Source: Marsupella aquatica
Lineage: Eukaryota > Plantae > Marchantiophyta
Assembly (NCBI GenBank): GCA_973895155.1
Contig: OZ316896.1
Span: 1,798,001-1,862,000 of the forward strand
Length of the DNA: 64,000 nucleotides
Direction: 5' to 3'
Shown: in pieces, positions 39,001-51,650 of the stretch
Position numbering within the stretch: position 1 is the stretch's first letter
Layout: the number at the start of each line of letters is the position of its first letter
Notes under the pieces: generated by a model
The model's database searches: none
The model's input: only the letters and a program-made list of their open reading frames with translations
What the model was told of the DNA's origin: nothing
Made by a program: the position numbers and the translations under genes

Positions 39001-39235
39001 GCTACTTTATGACAGTAGGTATAGTAGGTTTCCAGGAAAGCTTTACACTCGCTGGTTAGGACCCTTTAGAGTAACCATGATGTTCCCCAATGGCTCCGTA
39101 CAATTGGCCAACATTACGGGAGAGGTATATCCAGTTCGCATCCATTATGACCGCCTCAAGAAATACTATATGGACAAAGATGAAGTTGTTCGCGAGGACG
39201 CTTCACAATTAAGTGGGGAGCTATGTGATGCCTAG
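35969..39235 (+). CDS. Gypsy pol (RT, RNase H, integrase with GPY/F motif), uninterrupted, in the -1 frame relative to protease
   Basis: QDYRKLN, MDGYSGYNQI, MPFGLCNAP, FIDDF, DVSG, NYSTTEREAL, TDHESL, HHCC zinc finger, WGIDYIGP, SDRGTHF, NGLTER and WLGPF. Confidence 0.95.
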   Translation: MGSSSRDSGFSAGVVAEPTGSTTPSIIGKELNTKGSAYKLITRAEQIEALLEAERAQRPNSQEQEVDEMDKHDPEPRQEGELTTNSKPNRPVRGQSMDTKEGTDSASPAEIPVYGGMRLERLEAELDPNLKKQINMIQARQYRKLDLGEGRELNLGRNLAPELEKEISDLLIEFQDVFAWSHQDLKGVDPTLGEHRIDLMLGAKSFRQPIRRMNPKYSLLVKTEIDKLVEAGFITPVLHSDWVSPIVIVPKKAGPDGKPKIRVCQDYRKLNEATLKDHFPLPFTDMVLDMVASHELYSFMDGYSGYNQIRIRQEDQIKTAFITEWGIYVFNRMPFGLCNAPAMFQRLMVNIFHDYLRKFMEIFIDDFAVFGKASKHAKYLRKTFMRCREVGLKLHPDKCFFAVIEGVLLGHKVSRKGIEIDKGKLAVWLDIMQPKNIKDVRSFLGCIGYYRRFIKDFAKLALPLTNMLKAGADFEPTPERVTAVVELKQMLVEAPVMIAPDWNKDFHVFIDVSGFCIGSVLSQLDDKGRDHPIYFASRQLADAERNYSTTEREALGVIYSCKKFRHYLLGYKVIFHTDHESLKYLVNKPDLTGRVARWILLLQEFDYELRIKSGKLHANADFFSRITGKPTTDCIDDRFPDEELFVVEIAGTWYPEILQFLSTSRLQPGLSREQAAVFVRKVRQYQCIKGILHKHGINGMIQRCLEKREVKRVLRAMHGEEAGGHFAPVTTSKKILNAGYWWPTLHKDVYQFIKQCDPCQRAGGPRASTRHPLHPILPLAPFEKWGIDYIGPLKPLTHPRRNKYIILATDYATKWVEARPTTKDDAITTARFMYEQIFTRYGAPLELVSDRGTHFLNDIISRLNEQYLVKHRPTTPYHPKANGLTERANGIIGKILNKTVAQNKLDWDDKLFAVVFAYNLAYKSTTGHTPFFLTFGQEALVPMQLEIPTFQVTIEERASAEESLKEREYRLEALEEARMISAERVEYRQNIMKQQYDKRLKVVSIHTGDLVLLYDSRYSRFPGKLYTRWLGPFRVTMMFPNGSVQLANITGEVYPVRIHYDRLKKYYMDKDEVVREDASQLSGELCDA
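35993..36052 (+). promoter_or_regulatory. Programmed -1 ribosomal frameshift signal (slippery heptamer + H-type pseudoknot)
   Basis: G GAT TTT (35993-35999) is in the correct phase, followed by a 5-nt spacer and a perfect 10-bp stem GGCGTTGTGG/CCACAACGCC (36005-36014/36030-36039). Loop GCCGA pairs with TCGGC (36048-36052). Confidence 0.78.
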
Positions 39236-39338
39236 ACAGGAATCACTCGGCCGGTTAAGTGGGTAAAGCAGGAAGGCACCCTAGGAACACCTTAGTATAG
39301 GGACAAAACAAGGAAAATATAAACAATTAGGGGCAACC

Positions 39339-42300
39339 ATGGAACCCGGGCAGAGGCCGGAGGTAAGGCTGAGGGTGAAAACCCGATTAGGGTTAGGGCG
39401 CGTTAAGCGTCGGCGGCTAGGAAGGATCAACGGGAAGAAGGACCGGCAGAGGGGAGGGGTAAGGAGCGCTTGCAGGAGATGGTGGCTCATTTGCGAGCAT
39501 GAACTAGGCAGACGACTACGGGAGGCCAACTACTGTCAGCTGCTTAGGCAAGCACTCGGGGAGAGAGTAGATACCGACGATCGACCTAAGGAGGGTATGA
39601 GCAACGTCAATCAAATGGCACATTTTTGGGGATGCCTGTTCGAACGGGCAACTGAGTACATCAAGACTTACGAGGACGAGGAATCAGAAAGGGCAGCTCG
39701 AGAACGGCAGGAGCTCGCTCGATTGTGGGAGCTGTAGAAGATGGCTTTCTTAGGAGGCGAACTCATCAAGGACGAGTTCCTGTGGACGCCTACTTCCAAT
39801 CAACTCGACGATCTTCTGTTTTGCAAAGACAGCGTCGTCGGCATCCGAGAGGCCATCAAGAACTGCAACGACATACACTGGGAATTAAAGGGTAGCACGG
39901 AAAGGTGGACCCAGGCAACGGTGCTAGGAGAAACCTCCACGGCAGCAGAGATGAAGAGGAAGGGAGCCGTCAACGATGAAGCCACCCCGGCAAAAAGAAC
40001 AAGGTCGGCGGCACCAAAGAAGCCAGCCGAGCAGCAGAGCAGGAGGCAGGGAGAAGCCGAAGAGGAGGAGGTCGATCCCATCAAGGCCATTCCAACCAGG
40101 GATGACACCTGGAAAGGCTGGGCGGCAACCCTACCAGTGGAGGTGCAACTACATTTTGCACGGGAGGAGGATGCATGCTTTACGGCCATGCAGACCAAGA
40201 GATACCAAGGCTTCATGGCCGGATCCGGCTTGGAGGCCTTTGTAAGATTACCATGGCTGAAGCCGGAGGTACCGGAGTCAGACCTATTAGAATTCGTGGG
40301 GTCATGGGAACCCGAGACCAATTGCACGAGGATATATGGGAAGGATTTCTATCTTACTCCCAAGGTAATTGCCGAAGTGTTTGGCCTGCCGATAGGCAAT
40401 AAGACCAAAGTTGATACCAGGAAGACCTTGCCTGACAAGGAGTTCCGGTCGTTCCCCGGGCCATCAACGAAGAATGGCTTCTTCCGGAACACCTGCACCA
40501 ACCCGCACATAGGAGAGATGATCGACTTCTTACGGGTGACCATGCATTGTAACTTGCCGAGGGCAGAGATCGGCAAGGCACAGGTCTATCTGGCAGAAAG
40601 GCCAGACCCAAGCCGGGACTACAACGGGTACCTCCTCAACCAATTGAAGAAGATCTTAAAGGAGGAGCAGCAGGTAATCGGCATGGGGAGCGTGTCGCGG
40701 CTGGGCTATCACATGCCGTTGTTGTGCCGGTATGCCAGAGGTCAGACTTTTGCCCCGGTACTTCCCCTGCAGGTAAGGGCACCCGAGGAAGCTCCAACGC
40801 CGAGGCCGTTGGCTGAGAAGCCTCAACCACCTGTTAGTCCTACGATCGAGCAGGTGTTTAGGCCCAGGAAGGAAGACTTGCCGATGCAGCAACCAGGCAT
40901 GCAGAGTCTGCTGAAACTACTGGAGAAAGAAAAGAAATCGGCATCGGCAACAACAACGGCAACGGCAACAATGCAGGACACTACTACAGAGGTAGGCCTA
41001 CACCGGCTCACAAGAGAAAACCCCTTTGCTGGAGACAAGGAGAGAATCAGGCCGGAATCCAAGCCAGGTGTTCGAATGTACGTGGGAACCTCAAGCTCCG
41101 AATCTGAGGCAGAATTGCCTGAAGCTCCTACCGATGAAGAGGAGAGGGAGAAGCCGGACGTCCAAGAGGTAGAGGAGGCAGTGGAGGACTGCAGCCATGA
41201 TAATTCCGGCTATGGGTCGGACCATCACGTTCCAGGAGTAAGGACCTGTGGTCGGTTTGTCCCCACACTTCCAAGGGTAGTACGAGGGGACCCCAACCAG
41301 CAGAGTAGCCCTGAGTCTCCCCCACCAGATGTTGCTCCCCCGAGCTTCGACGGCATAAAATAGACGGTGCAGGAATTTCAGGAGCGAATCAAGCAGGAGG
41401 AGGAGGCCGCCCTGGCTAAGGAAAAGGATTTACCAGGAGGAGATTGGCCGGAGGACATCAGGCGGCTAGCCAAAAAAGGAAGCAAACCTCTAGCCACGAT
41501 TGAAGAGATCCGCAGGACGGCTTGGGAGCAGAGGCCGCGATGGGCGATGCCGATCACTTCTACTTACTCCACCTACGCTAAGAATAGAGCCATGGAGTAT
41601 GGTGAGATGTGTGGGGAACTTGCGCTCGGCATCTTTGGAGAGGAGTTGGAAGTAGGACCCTTTTTCCATAGGGAGCAGTTGGAGAAGCACCAATTAGAAG
41701 AAGCGGTGGCTTTAGAGAGAAGCAAGAAGGACGAGGTCATTCGACGGCTTAGGAGGATGGAAGCCGAGATTGAAGATCTAAGGGCGGCCAAGAAAGCCCA
41801 AGATGAACTGCGGATTAAACGACATGAGCTGAACATCATGCAGGGGCAGTTGGACACCGCGCAGGCTGATAATCAGAATATCAAGGATAAACTGACTCAG
41901 ACGCAGGAAGAGTTGGCCGACACGATCAAAGAGAGGGAGAAGTGGAAGCAAGAGCTGAAGAATACAAAGGAGGCCCACATAACAGCCAACAGCCGGGCCA
42001 TGGCGGAGACCCAAAGAAAGGAATGGGCGTTGAAAGGGGAGCTCGAGCAAATCCGCGGAGCCCTTGAGCAGAAGGAGGCCGAGTTAGGGAAATCCTATCA
42101 AGGGATTATGGCGCTGCAGCAGGAGCTTGCGTCCCTGATGGCCAGCTTCAAGGCCGACCTAAGGGAGAAGGACGAGATGCTCGAACAGACTTACGCCAAG
42201 ATGAACCAGATGGAGTCTGTCATCATTGCAGAGCTCGCCAAGGAGCTAAAAGCAACCCAGGAGGAGAGGACTACCTTGAAACAAGAAAGGGAGGAAGCCC

Positions 42301-42971
42301 AGAAGGAACTAGAGGAGGCACGCAAGGACCTGGATGAGACCCAGGAGGAGTTGGAGGAAATCACGAGGAAGATGGAGAACCTCCAGCGGCGGGCCGACAA
42401 CCAAACGGAGCGGCTGAAGAAACAAGCCGCAGTATTTAGGTGCTTGTCTTCATCAGGCCCAACTCCAATTGGGGCAACCAAGTTACCAGGAGTGGTACTG
42501 GCCGAAGAAAAAGCCGCGCCAACTGCACCAGTGCCGGAGGTAAGTGGGAAGGGGAAGGGACCAGCTGCCGAACCAAAAAAGAAGAAAAAGCGGAAACCTT
42601 CAGGGTCAAGGAGTAATCCGACTCCACAAGCCGTGGTGACCAAAGAGGTAGAACCAGCACCATCCTCCGACATGAATACGGCAATAGATCCCGCTATGAT
42701 CACAGGTAGGGATGGTGCGGCCCAAGCCGAACTACTCAGTAAGGAGGCCAGTATTCCAGATCCGCCTCTTGAGCAGGCCGGGGAGACCGTAGCCGAGGCT
42801 GAGGCCGTAACCGATTCTCGAGCCGATGCCGACGCCGATGGTGGACCCAGTCAGGCCGATGGAGAGTTGACTCAGTCAAGGGCAGGTAATCTGTCAGGGA
42901 ATGAGCCTACGGCAGTGGCTGAGGAGGAAGCGTTGGGGGCGTCCATTAAGGATCCACCACCGGTGTCGTGA
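39339..42971 (+). pseudogene. Gypsy extra ORF downstream of pol (~1210 codons in one frame, two internal TAG stops), with a plant-transposon-like domain and long coiled coil
   Basis: ORFs 39339-39737, 39741-41363 and 41367-42971 share one frame and are separated only by TAG codons. A heptad-rich E/K/L/Q region spans ~41680-42420. Confidence 0.75.
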
Positions 42972-43882
42972 CGGTGCAAGGGCGCCGTTCCTTTTAGGGA
43001 GGGCGGACGTGGAGGGAGGAGGCGTGAGTGGGCAGGGCGGGCGCGGATCTCCACGTTTAGGATTAGGATCAGAACCAGGAGCGGCCCTGACACTTAGCTT
43101 AGTGGGATTGCGGTCCCACTGGTAGGAGCAACACTTGTGCTCCTGCCTTGCTGTACGTAGGTAGATTCGGGCAAGTAGATTACTGTTAAGTAGATTAGGC
43201 TTACGATGCAAAGAATGGCGGATCCACTACCAGGATAAGTACCTGGGCAGCGGGGAGCTCAGGGCCTCTTCTTTAGCAAGTTTTTAGTTTGCACCAGCCG
43301 GGCTGGGATCAAGTAGTACGAGAAGCTCTCGGTTAGTCATACAGTGACCCTTGTGTATATTCATGTTTCCTCATGCCTAAGAGCTGAATAGAGTTGGCCT
43401 CACGGCTTAGTTCGCAGAACTTGTGTATGAGATGTACTGTTTGTATGGCAAGTGCATGGTATGACTCAGTCAGAATGAGTCATTTTGCTATTTGTGTGTC
43501 GCATTAACTTGTGTGAAGAGTGCCCACATCAACAGAAGGAAGGAAGGTAAGCAGGGGAGTGAGAGTTGGATGTGTCGAGCTAAGAGAGGTCTTAGCGGCT
43601 TAACCAAGCCTATTGGGGATCATTCCGGTGGCGGAATCCAAACATACCTAACAAGACGGAGGGGAAGACAGGGGAAGGCCTATATTAGGCCGGCTACGTA
43701 TCTCATGACCCGATGAAGGATCTGTCCAGTATATGTGTGTAAAATGTTAATAGTAGTAGTAGAAGGTTAGCAGCGTCCCATGCCGCTAAGCCGCGGAAAC
43801 GGCCTCGCCAAGCACGAAACCTGCGGGAATCGGCTTGAGCTGGGGGGTTTCTTGGGTTTAGGGAGCCATGGGACGCACCACA

Positions 43883-45790
43883 TTCTCCACCACAACCCTT
43901 GTTGTAGTGTTTTGCGTATTGTTATATCTGCTCCAAAATGTTCTCCTCCAAATATTTCATGTGCCACCCTCAAAATGTTGTTTGTTAAGCTGGTGCCACC
44001 ACTTTTCTCAAAATGTCATCTGGCTCTTGGTAATACAACACTTCTTCTATGAGTGTGTAAGATTCTGCCTTGTGAGCATAAATTTTTCTTTCCTTTCTGC
44101 TTAATCCAATTGGGTATTCTATTATTCTGAGATAATATTGTAGTTCTTCACTTGAGTCCACTGTCACCCTCAATACAGGTCTTTTCTTGCTCTTGCTCCA
44201 AAGAGTTGTCTCCCTCCTTTACTTGTTTTGAAGAATCATCTCCCTCTTTTTGAGTTACCTCAAATTTATCTTGGTACAACTCCATGTCTGGTTAACTGTC
44301 ATCTACTCCCATTGGCTCTTCACCTGACTCCAACCTGCTGAGTTGATCCAAGATAACATGTATTTTCCCTGGCTTATAAACTACAATATAGTCAAATTCT
44401 GAAAGCAACAATATCCATCTAGCTATCCGACCAGATAATTGAGGTTTATTTACTAAATTGACCAAAGCATTGTGGTCTATATAAAATATAAACTTATTCC
44501 CTAGTAAATAATGTCTAAATTTCTTTACAACATATATCATAGCTAAAACTTCTTTTTCTATACTAGTTATGTAGTTTCTCTTGTGTACATTTAACAACCT
44601 ACTTGCATAGTAAATTGGAAAATCTAACCCTTCATCCCCTGGTTGAGCTAAAATTGCTCCTATTGCTGTTAAGGAAGCATAAGTATGTAAATGAAACGCC
44701 CTACTCCAATTTGGTTGCTTTAAAATAGGTGCTTAATTTAATTTGTTGTTAAGAGTTTCAAATGCCATTTGACAATCTATGGTTTATTTGAAAATACTGG
44801 AACTACCCGTCAATTTGGCTAGTGGGGCACTTATCTCTGAGTAACCTTGAATGTATCTTCAATAGAATCCACTTGCCCCCAAAAACCTTCAAACTTGGGT
44901 GACAGTTTTAGGTGCTGGCATTTCTTTAATGACTTTAACTTTGTTTGGGTCTACTAACAACTCGTCCTTATAAACAATATGTCCTAATAATCTTCTAGAC
45001 GTTATAAAAAATATACATTTATCTGGATTTAAACTCACTGCACCTTCCCTACATCTAAGTAAGCAAAGTTTTAATTGTACTAAATGTACATCTATGTTCC
45101 CATAAATTGTAAAATCATTCAGAAATATTTGCATAAAATCATTTAAATACTCATGAAATAACATCATCATAATACGTTGAAAAGTACTTGATCCATTATA
45201 TAACTTGAATGATAACATTTTATACTGAAACGCTCCCCACTAAATTATAAAAGTGGTCATTTCTCGTGCCATGGGAGACAATTTCACTTGACTGTAATCA
45301 TTAAACCCATCTAATAATGAATATGCCTTCTTACCCTCGACTTGGTCTAATAGAGATTCTATGAAAGGTACTGGAAATGGATCATTAATAGTAGCTGTAT
45401 TTAATTTTTTGTAATCAATACAAACTCAGAGTTTACTATTTTTCTTGAGTACTACTACTATAGGTGATAACCAAGTATATATATTGATAGGATAAATAAA
45501 ATCTGCATCCAATAGTTAAGTTTGTATTTCTTCTTTACTTTAAGTGCATAATTAGGATTTAAACGGCACCTCTGCGCTTGTATGGGAATAGTCCTTGGCT
45601 CCAATCTTATGCAATGTTCCCCAATCATTTCAGGTATAATTTCTTTTAAGTCTGTATAATCCCAGATAAACACATATCAAAATTCTCTTAATAGTTTCTT
45701 TAATTGTGTTTCAATCTTGGTTCTAAGTTATTCCCTATTTTGACCTCCTTGGTGACTCCCTCATCTCCCAGGTTCACTTTCTTAATTTGT
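43883..45790 (-). mobile_element. Older, AT-rich, degenerate Ty3/gypsy pol remnant (RT, RH, INT zinc finger)
   Basis: STFQRIMM...FMQIFLNDF, EKEVLAMIYVVKKFRHYLLG, GRIARWILLLSEFD and HFGADITIRKTLQQGLWW, with many stops. Confidence 0.88.
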
Positions 45791-45799
45791 TCCTCATTT

Positions 45800-46990
45800 G
45801 TTATACTCCAACCTACTACAGGAGAGAAAGAGATGCTCCGAGTATGAAGCTAGTTCTTGTGATGGAACAAGAGGAGAAAATTGATGTTGGTGTACCTCAC
45901 ATTCAACTAGCAGTAGCAAAAGATCAGGCTTAATTATCTACTAGAAGAACTTCTAGTCGTTCTACTAGAGCTTCTACTAGGTATGGACAATGGGCCGGCA
46001 GATTCATCTAAACTAGATGATATTGACATTGCGTCTCATATGGCTTTGATCTTGGGAAAAGGAGAACCTTCTTTGTATCATGAGGCAAGTGCTTCAAAGC
46101 AGAAGCAGGAGTGGACTACAACAATGCAAACGGAGTTGCAATCATTGAAGGACAATAAGACTTGGGAGTTGGTCAAGCTTCTGGAAGACCAGCAAGTGAT
46201 GGACAGCAAGTGGATTTACAGGATGAAGGATCAGTCCTCCGATCAGTCCATGGGAGGTGGATCAAAAGTCTACAAGGCTAGATTGGTAGCCAAGGGATTC
46301 ACACAGGAGAAAGATGTAGATTACAATGAGGTCTTCTCACCAATTGCTAAGTACTCTACAATTTGGCTATTATGTGTACTTGTTGTTTTATTTGGTCTAA
46401 TGCTAGATCAAATGGATGTTACAGCTTTCCTCTATGGCACCCTGGAAGAGGTGATCTTCATGAGACAGCTGCTAGGTTTTGTGAAGAAAGGGCAAGAGGA
46501 TTTGGCTTGTAGATTGCTGAGATACTTGTATGGGTTAAAGCAATCATCAAGGCAGTGGAATAAGCGGTTTAACGATTCAAGGATCCATGCACAGGGTTTT
46601 CATAGGAATGTGTTTGATCCTTGTATGTATCTTAAACCGGTGAAAAATATTGTCTTTGGTTTCATTGTTTTAGTACTTTATGTGGATGACATGTTTATTG
46701 CGGCCAAGGATAGATCTGAGATTGTTAAGCTCAAGGCATTGCTCAGTATAGAGTTTAAGATGAAGCACTTAGGGCCAGCTAAAAGGATTTTAGGTATGGA
46801 GATCACTAGGGATTTGGAGGCTGGTGCGCTATGGTTGACACAGAGCAATTATGCAAGGAAGATAATTGCAGGTTCAACATGGGGGATAGCAAGCTAGTAA
46901 GTACCCCGTTGGCTCCACACTTCAAATTGTCATCAGCTTTTTGTCCTACGGATGAGATAGAAAAGGGGCTGATGTCAAAGATTCCTTACC
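45800..46990 (+). mobile_element. Ty1/copia RT fragment related to the element at 25606-32239
   Basis: SLKDNKTWELVKL, KARLVAKGFTQ, LYGLKQ, LYVDDM and LGPAKRILGMEITRD are near-identical to the complete copy. Truncated at both ends. Confidence 0.92.
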
Positions 46991-48499
46991 TTGATCACCA
47001 ACTTAGCGTACCTTCATTTGTAAGCAGCTTTCTCGGGGCAAGAATACCAATATGTCTCTGATAGTTTGGCTCCTACTTTCCCAAACAGGGTCCAGAATTT
47101 GAGAGCGATAATGGTCATACTAACCTTCTCTATCCGTTGGTAGAGCTTGTCCCTTGTGCAACATTCGCTCCTCCTCTGGGTAGGTCTATCTCCTGTGGAG
47201 AGTTCCTGCTCATCTTACTACTATAATACCCTATCTCGCCAAAAGTGATGGATCATCCATTTACAAAATCACTTTTGGAGGGAATATTCCATGACCATTG
47301 GATTTATAAGCTCTTTTATCATGGCCTTCCATTAGTAAAAAAAGCAATCTTCCTAATCCAAAATAAGCAAGACAAAGTATTTTGGTATGCACAAAGATTC
47401 TGTAAGAGGGGCATGATGACATACCCTTAATGTGAGTGCCATGTGTTTCCATTGGAATGGGGGCACTTGGGACCCCGCTTGGGATGCCATTATGAGGGGA
47501 TAGTCACTAAGAGACACAAAGTTCAAAGTAGGGAGGGCAATTAATGATGCACCCATGGGTGAAGGGATGAATAGTGTCATACCCTCCCATAAGTACAAAA
47601 TAGGGGATGAGACAAAGTAGAGTAAAGGCAAGTGAATCAAAATAAAGAAAATATTAATAATGCAATAAGAGGAAAAAGGAGGAGAAAAGGGACACCCTTG
47701 CCTTTCATTGGTTTTTTTTAGGGGGGGGGGGGGGAAGAAGGGAGAGGCAACCCAAAAGAAATGGGGAGAGGGGCCATGAGGAGGAGGGGGGGGGGGATGT
47801 CACCCTCCACCTAGGGTTGTGTAAATGTGCTGCTTTTGTTGTCATCACCTATCTCCCTTATCATTTTTGCAACAATGTATGTTTGACGTGAACATCTTTT
47901 ACAAAATAACATATTCTTTCACACAATGACATTGTTTTTGCAATGAACAAGTATTGAACACCACCACAACAAATGTATGGTCAATGGTATGGGTCAATCA
48001 CTACATTGCAAAACCTATATTCTTGACTTGACTTAACATCCTTTTCTCATCTCACCACTTTTTCTCACCTTGATGTCTTTCTCTCATCACAACATCTTTT
48101 CTCTCCTTGACATCTTTTAATCAGAATGAGATGACAAGCCACCTAAGGGGTTCTTATGGGTGGCTGCTCATAAGGGAGTTCGGACGTGATATTGTTGAGT
48201 ACTTGCAGCCGCCATCTCCCAATTGAATGTGACAGCCTTGATCCAAGCGTGATTTGCCATAACAAACTTTACTTCGCTGCTGTCAGGGTACAATGAATGG
48301 ACATAACAGTGCACATCCTAATCAACACTCATTATGTTGACTATCCTATTCCTAGAATGATCATAATTGCTAAATCACTACGCATATTATTCTTAACTGC
48401 ACGTATACGGTCATAATGACCGGTTATCTCTTAATCTACTAATTGGTCCAGGGTAAGTGACACATTGCCTGTGTCACAAAACATCAATGCAATATGAAT

Positions 48500-48960
48500 C
48501 AATTTTAGGGTGTAACTTGGATTGCAGGACTTCATCTACTTCTACGGTACATGCTGTGAAGAGCTATTGCTACAACATTGAGACTTGATGGTCAATAAGG
48601 AAGTGCAACAACAGTTCAAGTTTATTCTCACACAAGATAATACATTTGACACTGGAATCCAAAGGCCTAACATTACGAACGACTACACAAAGATTCTTCT
48701 GAAGAATTTGCAAACTATTTGAAAATGTTCTGGTGGAAAATATTACAAGACCAATACACTCCTGCTTGACGACTCTCGAATGAAGGCGTTTGCAAATCCA
48801 GAGAATTGCGGGTTGTTCCCATCCTTGTTTTTGCACCACTCCAAGGATGACACATTCTTTTCTCACATACTATGGCCTCAGCTTAAGAAATTGCATCACG
48901 CCTTTGATCTACATTACCTTTTTGTCAGTCAACCACAGTGGTCATGTGCTAATGTTGAGG
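48500..48960 (+). pseudogene. FCP1/NIF-like (HAD phosphatase homology) gene fragment
   Basis: Reads FLKNLQTI*...YKTNTLLLDDSRMKAFANPENCGLFP...ILWPQLKKL, matching the NTLLLDDSPYK..NP....FP signature of plant FCP1-homology proteins. Contains stops and frameshifts. Confidence 0.55.
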
Positions 48961-51650
48961 CGGAGATGGATAACATCCTGCCATTTATGCGCTATTGTCA
49001 GAGAGGTGGGGTTCTGTGGTATGGGTCCCAAAGATTTTTCATACCGTCTTGGATGTGACCTCAGAAGAAATTCCTTGGATATAAAGAATGAGGTGCACAG
49101 CAGTTCCGACCAATAGAGGAAGTGAGCAAGGAAGACATCCATGACATTGCAACATCGTTAATGGGACATGACTATGCAGGACCCTACAAAGACCATCAGT
49201 AGTAATTTGTTTTGGAAGTTTTGAGAACTAGGGACCTAACCCATAAGTTCTGGAATGAAGAACCTCACGATTTGTGCAACCAAGGTATGAAATTTGATTC
49301 TTTGGGGTCTAGACTTACTTGCTCGAATGATTTATGCCAGGATAGTCATGACAGTTTATTTACAATTAGACCCTCCATTTGGGTATTTATATTGTACATA
49401 CATTGCTGTTTAGACTATATAATACTAATAATCCTATAGAATTTAGTAATATAATTATATAATATACTAATATAATTACTTTTTAGTTTTGTAATAATTT
49501 GGGTACAGAAGTGTAATTTAAGACCACAAATTGGTCCCTAAAATTTAGGGGAAAATTTTATGGAATTTTGGGGAGCAGAATAATAAATTTAATAGTCAAC
49601 TTCTGGACTCAAGAATAGAGTGATTGAAGGTCTCACAACATTTTTTGAGTAAAGTGTTTTTGTCATGTACTCATTCTTCACTTGGAGCTTACTATTCGGA
49701 CTACAATCGTGAGGTGAAAGTTTTTTCAAGTTGAAGTGAGTGAGGTCCTACTTGGAGTTAAGCTAAGCTAAGGTGCACTAAGATGGAGCGTTGACTAGCG
49801 GTTGAGTGATAAGTGGCAGGCTGAGCTTAATTGAGCTGCGTAAAAGTTGCAACTTTCAGGTAGTGGGATCACAAGGCTCATCAAGTTACAGTGGAATGGA
49901 GCTGTATTCTCGGTTGATCCATCAACATTGGTCCTACCTTGGACATTGCTTGCAGTACAGATCAGCCAGAAAGACTTGGTGATCAAGCACTGACCTGCAA
50001 GCTGGAAGAGAGCTGTGTTCTATGCCAGAGCTCCAAGACAACAACAGTGTAAAAGGTTCTCGCTCTCCTTGTCTTGACTTTTTTTTGCCCTTCCCTTCTC
50101 CATTGCATGATTGATGACTACAGAAGTCCTAGAGCCATCCAGATTGGCGACAGGTTTGCCCGTCATCTAAGTATATTTTAATATGTCTTATTTATATACA
50201 TCCATAATATTAATTATGAGGCTCATAAAGCACCCAAGGCTCAACTCACTCAATCCAATTCATAATGTGCCTTTCAACTTCAACAACAGTATAAGAAAAT
50301 TGGCCAAGGCCCGGACAGACCTTGCCTTCCACACCTCGCACCACCATGCCTTGTAACTAGCAACACTGTTCAACAACACACAACAACTTGAAACTCAGCT
50401 GTGAAGCACAGTTTACCACCTTGCAACCCCATGTGTCATAACTGTGCGAGGTTCCACAATCAGGTCAGAACCTCCCCCCCTCCCCAAAAGGAGTTTTTGC
50501 ACCCCTGCATTTCTCCTCCCTCACTCACAAACCCCTCGTTCCCTTAAATAGTCGGGATGTCCGTGGTCCGGTTGTGCCACTTTCAAACCATCAAAAGAGA
50601 AGAATTTCAAGCAGTTCAGGGGGGTCATCATCAAATTGAGAGAAAAACCAAATAAAGAATATAAGAGGGTCAACATCCAATTTCACAAAGATGAAAAAAC
50701 GAAAGGAATACCTTCATAAGACATTAGAAATTAAATAGATAATGACAACAGAAAAACAGCCTTCATCTGGTAACGAGGGATTTGCCACATCACAGTTCCA
50801 TTCGTAGTCAATAAAGCAAGAATTCTCCCCAATCTTAGTGCTGTGGATGACGCTTCACAATCATGAATGGGCAATGGAAAGAATACAAAGCAGGTATCAC
50901 AAACGGGTGTCAAACACCAGAGGACCGAATTAGTCGCAGCTGGCAGTATATTAAGCTAGAGTCTGGCATATATCGGCTATGATTTCTCCACCGAAGGAAG
51001 TGTGGCGTTGCAAAAATATGTGTAGTCAGATCAACCAGCACCCATTTGTCATGCAGAATGCAACGGTATAATTGCAGGAAATCTTACTGTGTAGAGGCCT
51101 CGCTGTACCGCTACCCACAGCAGAATAGTTTTAGGTTGGGGATGATGGATGGAACTCCTAGCCAGCTTTCTATACACTTTCAAGCGAAGTTACTTCTATG
51201 ATGAAACTAGGTTACAGAATTCACCATCACTGGCATAGAAGTGTAAAGAAATTTCTAATCGGTCCAACACAGTCATCGGGTGGGTGATCAAAACAGACCA
51301 ACATCGTGCCTGAGCGTCTAATTTGGACAGATTCATGTTGAAATAAAACTAAACCAGGCCTGTAAATAGAGCGACTAACATAACCTCTTATTCCAACTCT
51401 TCACACATTCTAATCCAGCATTTTCTGGGTATATATGTGCAAATATGACCTACACGTAGCAAAAGCAGGTATCGAACGACAACCACAAAGCAGTCTCTAG
51501 TCAAACAAAAGCACAATCTACAAGAACAGCGTGAATTATGAACAACTTCCACCAATGAGTGGGACTCATCTTCCCACTGTTGCTCAGATCAATATATTTT
51601 ACAGCTCCAATACTCGACTACTATATTGAAGATTGGAATATGTTTTTTGG

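Larger units (their letters stand above)
33110..43882 (+). mobile_element. Ty3/gypsy non-chromovirus LTR retrotransposon lacking its 5' LTR, with a large extra 3' ORF
   Basis: Order is gag, PR, RT, RH, INT, extra ORF, purine tract GGAGGGAGGAGGCG (43011-43024), then a putative LTR TG(43025)...CA(43882) abutting an older pol. Confidence 0.88.

Noticed and set aside
39339-42971. Retroviral env gene
   Set aside because: No signal peptide or transmembrane segment is visible; the product is hydrophilic and coiled-coil.
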